64,000 nucleotides of DNA from Macrostomum lignano. Taxonomy: Eukaryota. Made by a program: the position numbers and the translations under genes. This document shows positions 51,901 through 60,900 of the stretch, one piece after another. The notes beneath the pieces were generated by a model. The model saw nothing but the letters and a program-made list of their open reading frames with translations, was not told the DNA's origin and made no database searches. The stretch covers positions 246,232-310,231 of the forward strand of contig NIVC01001575.1 in the NCBI GenBank assembly GCA_002269645.1, read 5' to 3'. Position 1 is the first letter of the stretch. Every line of letters begins with the position of its first letter.

Positions 51901-54900
51901 TTAAACTCCTAAATAAGAGTAATTCTAGTCGTAATTCAAAAACAACAAGTTTTATTACCCTGTGAAAAGCGGCTGGCGTGAGATACGAGCGCGTAAAGCA
52001 ATAAAACCATTTTAGGCTACAAGCCTACGAATTTAATTAAGTTGATAGACAAGTCAATAGAAAATGGTTTAACTGCTATCGTAGTTAATTGCTCCCATTT
52101 GATATAAACAACTAACACTCGTATAAGAAATATCGTGTAGGAAGGGTGCTGCGTTGATTCTCATTGATCCGAAATTGTGATAGTACGAAATTCTTCGAAA
52201 AAGCTTGTCCTTTGCTTAAATTGCCTGTATATCTTTAGGACACGCACTCCTAAAATTCACTCGTAAACGGCAACTCTTAGCTTCTAGCTCCTACTCCCCG
52301 CTTCTTATTCTATAGCACGCGACAAACCTTAATGAGGTCTCCTAAATTCACCAAGGAGTCCTCCTACGTGCTTAAAAGGAGCCTCCTAGCTCTTAAAATT
52401 TACTCTTGATTCTATAGCACAGAAAAGCCATCTAGGAGGCAGGAGCTAGGACTTAGGACACTCTTAAGGATAGACGAGTATTCTATAGTACGGGCACTAC
52501 TAAGGGATTCCGTAAGTGTTGATTTTGGAGGTGAGGTGGGTGTCAACCCTCCTCGCCTCTCATTGGCTGGCGCCCCGATCACTAGGTGATCGATACCCGT
52601 ATCGATATCGGCGCTCGGCGCGCGCGCGCGCGCCGCAGGCGCCAAGCGCCGCAGGCGACCCTCCCCAGCCGCAGGCGCACCTACCGATATTAGATCCCAA
52701 TAAATCAATCAGATCCCAAATCAATCAGATCCCAAATCAATCAGATCCCAAGCGCACCCACCCGAGCCGCAGGCGCCCATGCAGCAGGCGCCCCTCCCCG
52801 CCGCACGCGCCCTCCCCCGACATGTATGCCGCAGGCGCCCTCCCCGTCTCAGGCGCCCCTCCCGATATGTATGCGCACTCTCCCTATATGTACACCGATA
52901 TGTATGCAGCAGGCGCCCCGAGTGTACACTCCCCCGATATGTGTGTACACCGATATGTAGTCATCGATACGGGCCTCTTTCCCTCTCTCACCTACATCTC
53001 AACTAGCGAAATCGAACCCAGGTCGCGCCCATACTAGGACACTACACGGTTGTGGGGTATAGGGAGCGAGAAGTTTCAACCCTAACGCTGACGCAGCCCT
53101 GTACAGTGAGAGTGTACGGGCAGAGAGGGGTGGCGCGGACAGAGAACCAGCCACTAGGTTGTTATACTGTTGAAGCATAGGGAGCGAGAAGTTTTAACCC
53201 CGATGCTGACGCAGCCCTGTACACTGAGCGTGTACGGGCAGAGGGTGGGTGGAAAGAGATGTGAATAACACAGCCTGCTGCAGGAGCCGGATAGAGAGGC
53301 GCATGCTAGGACAGAGAGGTAGTGTGAGTCACACACACACCCCACAGAGAAAGCCATACAGAGGATAGAGAGCTCCCTCCCCAGTTGCAGGGGACAGAGA
53401 GGCAGGCTGGGTATGCAGGGGCATGCGAACCGTCAAGGGGCCACGCGAGGATAGAGTGGAGGAGCAGAGATGTGTTTGGACAGAGAGCCAGCCACGTGTG
53501 CGTAGTGTGAGGGAACAGAAACATATGGAGCAGGAGGGAGATAGGAAGCAAACGCGCAGGGTAAGGGAGCCACACAGGGCGGTACAGTGAGACACGGGCA
53601 GGGGTGGAGCCGTGCGTGGACAGAGCTGAACGGCACGGTCAGCTGCAGGAATAGGATGATAGAGAGGCGCGGAGGGGGACAGAGAGCAGTGTGCAGGGGT
53701 AGGCAGCCACGCAGGCTGGGGAACAGAGAGGCGCGTGTCAGCCAGTTGCAGCCCGGGACAGAGAAGTATGAAGGGGGGCCTGGGACAGAGTTCCGAGCAA
53801 GGCACAGAGGTAGGGTCCTGTAGCTATGTATAGGCAGGGAGCCACGCGAGGGCAGGACAGGGGAGCAGACATGCAAGTTGCATGCAAGGCCAGAGAGGTG
53901 TGCGCGGAGGGAGACAGAGAGCAGTGTGTAGGGGTAGGTAACAGCAAACTTTAGTAGCGGCGCGTGCGGGGACGGAGAAACCAGTCAGAGCATACAGAGA
54001 CGTTACAGAGAGGTACACAAGCAGAGACCAAAGCGAGCAGAGCACATGTGTAGGGACAGAGACGTGAGGGAGAATCGACCAAAACACGCTATGTATTTTC
54101 AAAAGTTGGTTTTAGTGCAACATGTTTAATAGTGGGTAGTATAATAGTATGTACATAGTAGGTATAATAGTAGTAATAATAGTAAGCATATTAGCCCAAA
54201 AGGTAGACTAAAACAGGCTAAACTGTGTGTACGCATCCTCATCACCCCACAAGCCCCCTCTCCCGCCAGACTCACTCTACCAAACCCTCCTGTATTGCTG
54301 CATGAAGGAAAATATAGTGTAAAAATACAGATCTTAACCGTCAGACCGCTGAAATCAGGGCACACTAGAGGGGTTTCGGGGTCTGCATGCTCTATGTAAG
54401 CTGCTTGAGGAGGTTCCAAGGGCGTTGTGAGGGTTTCCATTATGTTTTGAAAAAAAACTAGAGGCTTAAATACAACGTTTTATTCAAAAGTAGGTTATTT
54501 TAATGAAATAGCTGACACAATCATTGTCGAGAGTAGAAATTTTTATAAGAAACCAGGCATTTTAGCAAAAATAAACCTTCAAACCACATAAAATTGAATA
54601 AAAAGCAGACATTTTCAATTATAAACCGCAAGTATTTTAATAGAAAAGTAAGCAAACAAGGCACAAAACCAGCAAATTTTACCTTTTTATTTTAATGTTA
54701 CTGATAAGGTAGAGAGTAGAAACTTGTGAGCTGTACGGAGTTAGAAAGTATTAACCATTATGTATCGTATGAATTATTAGTTCAGTACCAGCCATTGGTC
54801 AAGCGAGCATTTATGAAGTTATTACGAGTGATGAAGGGATAGAGAGCTATATACAGGAAGACAGTATCCTTCTAAACCACCACGAACAGATTGCTAATAG

Positions 54901-57900
54901 AGATAAGCTTTGTCTGTGTGCAGTATGAGTAAGCGAAGGCGGGGCAAATACTTTTCCACATGCCGGACAGAACAGTATTGTGCTAGGATTTCTCTCGAAA
55001 TCGCGGTACGTTACTAGTTTTTATCACACCATCCAGATGCGTCAACTAGTCAGCAGTAGTCATTTATATGTTATTAGAACTTACAAACCCAGGTCAAGTA
55101 AATATTACAAAGAGTATATTACGTACACACGCCAACTCCGAATACCAAGCCATACTAGTCTACTTGCAGTGCTCCTGGAGGGAAGGGACGGCGGGGTGTA
55201 CATCCGGCAGGGTGGGCGTCCAGCGAGTGTACATCTGACAGGATGGGTGTTCAGCAAGTGTACATCTGACAGGGTGGGCGTTCAGCAAGTGTACCTTCAG
55301 CGTCGAGTAGGTGTACACCCGTCAGTGGGAACTCAGCCCCTCCCACCAATGTCGTGTGCATGCGGTTAGTCAGTATAGTGGTGGGGTAGACGGTGCAGGA
55401 AGGAAACCCAGATGCTGACGCTGCCCTGTACAGCGAGCAACCAGCCCTCCTGTAGCAGGAGGGGACATAGAGTGCGTGGAGGCAGTAGGAGATAGAGGAC
55501 GCTACCCGGCATGTCGCAGCACGCGGCGCGGGACAGAGAGGCAGTGTGTAAGTCACCCCCGCGGAGGGACAGAGAGCTACCCTGGCAGGAGGCGCGGGAC
55601 AGAGAGGCGGTGAATCACACCCCACGGAGAGAGCCGTACAACGAGCTTCCCCACCCGAGTCCGGTAAATATTACAGAGTATTACGTGCACACGCCAGCCC
55701 TGAATACCAAGCCATACTAGTCTACCTGCAGTGCTCCCAGAGGGAAGGGATGGTCAGGAGTTACACACCAAGAATGCATTCATACAAAGAGTACACAACT
55801 CGAGCCAGACACCAAGTCACAGTCTACTTACAGTAGAGATGGTAGATTAATAGCAAGATTATATTACAATTAGACCTCCCTAGCACATGAGGAGTGAAAT
55901 TCAATAATAATTGAATTCAATAATAATACAACATTTAGACGTAGTAATTTAATTACAAAATACCACTAACACTGAGCCAACGAATTGTAGGTTACAAAGG
56001 AGTTGTCACTCATATGGAAAGTCAGTATAATGCAGGTGTATATTATTAAAACATAGACAAAAACGATGCAGACGTATATACACACTATTGATTTTGTACA
56101 TGTACATTTCGGCATATTACCACACATCGCAGGCACATATTATATATCGGGGATAGGTTAAAATACACACATCGTAGATGTAGAAGCAGACACAATGCAG
56201 GAAAATTATGATACGAGTGTACATATTAGTGCGTAAAAGTATCATATTATGACACCCTGTAGCACATATTGACATAATGCAGGGGAAAATATTGACAGAA
56301 ATAGTACACAATTGTAGAGGTAACAACCCGCCAACTAGTAAGGACATCCAGCACTTGTTCAGGTTTTTATTATTTCGAGACGAGTGTCATGCCCCCGCAA
56401 GAGATCTTATCAGAAATTTGTTGAACTCCACTGCAACTCTCCCCAGAGCCTCCAAATGTGAGTTTTTAACCCAGGGTCGAGTACAAAGGACCCGCCCACT
56501 CTTAACCCCAAGGGGTGATCGTAGCGGAGACCAAGTACAGTGCGGACGGAGAGGGGTAACAGAAAGCGCTGCATCAGACCGCAGGGCTGCATTCCTCCCC
56601 GAGGTAGGCGCGTCAGCTCCCACTCCTCATTTAACCATCAAGTAAACTAAAGAAGTCAAGCAGAAAGCCTTACAATCACCCGCAACCAGCACAAGTAAGA
56701 GTACTTTCCACTAGAGAGCCATAGTGCAAGATTCGCGAGCCAAGTTGAAGAAGCACACCAAATTACACTAAAGACATATGTATTAAAAAGCATACCGGCA
56801 CCTCTACAAAAACACAGTATGTACCGATTAAAGTTGCTTTTGGTGCAGTGTATTTAATAAAAAGCAGGTACCTAACACAAAAGTAGGCATCAATGCAGTG
56901 CACGGGCTAAACTGTATTTACAAACGCAGGGCAACGAACTACACACAATGTAGCGCATAGACATAATTGTACGCATAAATGTACGCAATTTCCGGTATAT
57001 AGGACCAAATGTACACAATGTACACAAACACACACACACACACACACTCAGGCGCATCCTGCAGCGCATCCTGCAGCACCGATCGCCGCAGGCGATGGCG
57101 CCATCGCAGGAAGCTCTTGCTGTGAATACGCCTGAGTGTGTGTGTGTGTGTTTGTGTACATTGTGTACATTTGGTCCTATATACCGGAAATTGCGTACAT
57201 TTATGCGTACAATTATGTCTATGCGCTACATTGTGTGTAGTTCGTTGCCCTGCGTTTGTAAATACAGTTTAGCCCGTGCACTGCATTGATGCCTACTTTT
57301 GTGTTAGGTACCTGCTTTTTATTAAATACACTGCACCAAAAGCAACTTTAATCGGTACATACTGTGTTTTTGTAGAGGTGCCGGTATGCTTTTTAATACA
57401 TATGTCTTTAGTGTAATTTGGTGTGCTTCTTCAACTTGGCTCGCGAATCTTGCACTATGGCTCTCTAGTGGAAAGTACTCTTACTTGTGCTGGTTGCGGG
57501 TGATTGTAAGGCTTTCTGCTTGACTTCTTTAGTTTACTTGATGGTTAAATGAGGAGTGGGAGCTGACGCGCCTACCTCGGGGAGGAATGCAGCCCTGCGG
57601 TCTGATGCAGCGCTTTCTGTTACCCCTCTCCGTCCGCACTGTACTTGGTCTCCGCTACGATCACCCCTTGGGGTTAAGAGTGGGCGGGTCCTTTGTACTC
57701 GACCCTGGGTTAAAAACTCACATTTGGAGGCTCTGGGAGAGTTGCAGTGGAGTTCAACAAATTTCTGATAAGATCTCTTGCGGGGGCATGACACTCGTCT
57801 CGAAATAATAAAAACCTGAACAAGTGCTGGATGTCCTTACTAGTTGGCGGGTTGTTACCTCTACAATTGTGTACTATTTCTGTCAATATTTTCCCCTGCA

Positions 57901-60900
57901 TTATGTCAATATGTGCTACAGGGTGTCATAATATGATACTTTTACGCACTAATATGTACACTCGTATCATAATTTTCCTGCATTGTGTCTGCTTCTACAT
58001 CTACGATGTGTGTATTTTAACCTATCCCCGATATATAATATGTGCCTGCGATGTGTGGTAATATGCCGAAATGTACATGTACAAAATCAATAGTGTGTAT
58101 ATACGTCTGCATCGTTTTTGTCTATGTTTTAATAATATACACCTGCATTATACTGGCTTTCCATATGAGTGGCAACTCCTTTGTAACCTACAATTCGTTG
58201 GCTCAGTGTTAGTGGTATTTTGTAATTAAATTACTACGTCTAAATGTTGTATTATTATTGAATTCAATTATTATTGAATTTCACTCCTCATGTGCTAGGG
58301 AGGTCTAATTGTAATATAATCTTGCTATTAATCTACCATCTCTACTGTAAGTAGACTGTGACTTGGTGTCTGGCTCGAGTTGTGTACTCTTTGTATGAAT
58401 GCATTCTTGGTGTGTAACTCCTGACCATCCCTTCCCTCTGGGAGCACTGCAGGTAGACTAGTATGGCTTGGTATTCAGGGCTGGCGTGTGCACGTAATAC
58501 TCTGTAATATTTACCGGACTCGGGTGGGGAAGCTCGTTGTACGGCTCTCTCCGTGGGGTGTGATTCACCGCCTCTCTGTCCCGCGCCTCCTGCCAGGGTA
58601 GCTCTCTGTCCCTGGGGGTGACTTACACACTGCCTCTCTGTCCCGCGCCGCGTGCTGCGACATGCCGGGTAGCGTCCTCTATCTCCTACTGCCTCCACGC
58701 ACTCTCTGTCCCCCTCCTGCTACAGGAGGGCTGGTTGCTCGCTGTACAGGGCAGCGTCAGCATCTGGGTTTCCTTCCTGCACCGTCTACCCCACCACTAT
58801 ACTGACTAACCGCATGCACACGACATTGGTGGGAGGGGCTGAGTTCCCACTGACGGGTGTACACCTACTCGACGCTGAAGGTACACTTGCTGAACGCCCA
58901 CCCTGTCAGATGTACACTTGCTGAACACCCATCCTGTCAGATGTACACTCGCTGGACGCCCACCCTGCCGGATGTACACCCCGCCGTCCCTTCCCTCCAG
59001 GAGCACTGCAAGTAGACTAGTATGGCTTGGTATTCGGAGTTGGCGTGTGTACGTAATATACTCTTTGTAATATTTACTTGACCTGGGTTTGTAAGTTCTA
59101 ATAACATATAAATGACTACTGCTGACTAGTTGACGCATCTGGATGGTGTGATAAAAACTAGTAACGTACCGCGATTTCGAGAGAAATCCTAGCACAATAC
59201 TGTTCTGTCCGGCATGTGGAAAAGTATTTGCCCCGCCTTCGCTTACTCATACTGCACACAGACAAAGCTTATCTCTATTAGCAATCTGTTCGTGGTGGTT
59301 TAGAAGGATACTGTCTTCCTGTATATAGCTCTCTATCCCTTCATCACTCGTAATAACTTCATAAATGCTCGCTTGACCAATGGCTGGTACTGAACTAATA
59401 ATTCATACGATACATAATGGTTAATACTTTCTAACTCCGTACAGCTCACAAGTTTCTACTCTCTACCTTATCAGTAACATTAAAATAAAAAGGTAAAATT
59501 TGCTGGTTTTGTGCCTTGTTTGCTTACTTTTCTATTAAAATACTTGCGGTTTATAATTGAAAATGTCTGCTTTTTATTCAATTTTATGTGGTTTGAAGGT
59601 TTATTTTTGCTAAAATGCCTGGTTTCTTATAAAAATTTCTACTCTCGACAATGATTGTGTCAGCTATTTCATTAAAATAACCTACTTTTGAATAAAACGT
59701 TGTATTTAAGCCTCTAGTTTTTTTCAAAACATAATGGAAACCCTCACAACGCCCTTGGAACCTCCTCAAGCAGCTTACATAGAGCATGCAGACCCCGAAA
59801 CCCCTCTAGTGTGCCCTGATTTCAGCGGTCTGACGGTTAAGATCTGTATTTTTACACTATATTTTCCTTCATGCAGCAATACAGGAGGGTTTGGTAGAGT
59901 GAGTCTGGCGGGAGAGGGGCTTGTGGGGTGATGAGGATGCGTACACACAGTTTAGCCTGTTTTAGTCTACCTTTTGGGCTAATATGCTTACTATTATTAC
60001 TACTATTATACCTACTATGTACATACTATTATACTACCCACTATTAAACATGTTGCACTAAAACCAACTTTTGAAAATACATAGCGTGTTTTGGTCGATT
60101 CTCCCTCACGTCTCTGTCCCTACACATGTGCTCTGCTCGCTTTGGTCTCTGCTTGTGTACCTCTCTGTAACGTCTCTGTATGCTCTGACTGGTTTCTCCG
60201 TCCCCGCACGCGCCGCTACTAAAGTTTGCTGTTACCTACCCCTACACACTGCTCTCTGTCTCCCTCCGCGCACACCTCTCTGGCCTTGCATGCAACTTGC
60301 ATGTCTGCTCCCTGTCCTGCCCTCGCGTGGCTCCCTGCCTATACATAGCTACAGGACCCTACCTCTGTGCCTTGCTCGGAACTCTGTCCCAGGCCCCCCT
60401 TCATACTTCTCTGTCCCGGGCTGCAACTGGCTGACACGCGCCTCTCTGTTCCCCAGCCTGCGTGGCTGCCTACCCTGCACACTGCTCTCTGTCCCCTCCG
60501 CGCCTCTCTATCATCCTATTCCTGCAGCTGACCGTGCCGTTCAGCTCTGTCCACGCACGGCTCCACCCCTGCCCGTGTCTCACTGTACCGCCCTGTGTGG
60601 CTCCCTTACCCTGCGCGTTTGCTTCCTATCTCCCTCCTGCTCCATATGTTTCTGTTCCCTCACACTACGCACACGTGGCTGGCTCTCTGTCCAAACACAT
60701 CTCTGCTCCTCCACTCTATCCTCGCGTGGCCCCTTGACGGTTCGCATGCCCCTGCATACCCTGCCTGCCTCTCTGTCCCCTGCAACTGGGGAGGGAGCTC
60801 TCTATCCTCTGTATGGCTTTCTCTGTGGGGTGTGTGTGACTCACACTACCTCTCTGTCCTAGCATGCGCCTCTCTATCCGGCTCCTGCAGCAGGCTGTGT

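Noticed and set aside
52495-52507. CACTA/EnSpm assignment from CACTACTAAG at the palindrome's left end
   Set aside because: The right end reads TAGTAGTA, not TAGTG, and no 2- or 3-bp TSD parse restores the target; the C belongs to the ACGGGC duplication.
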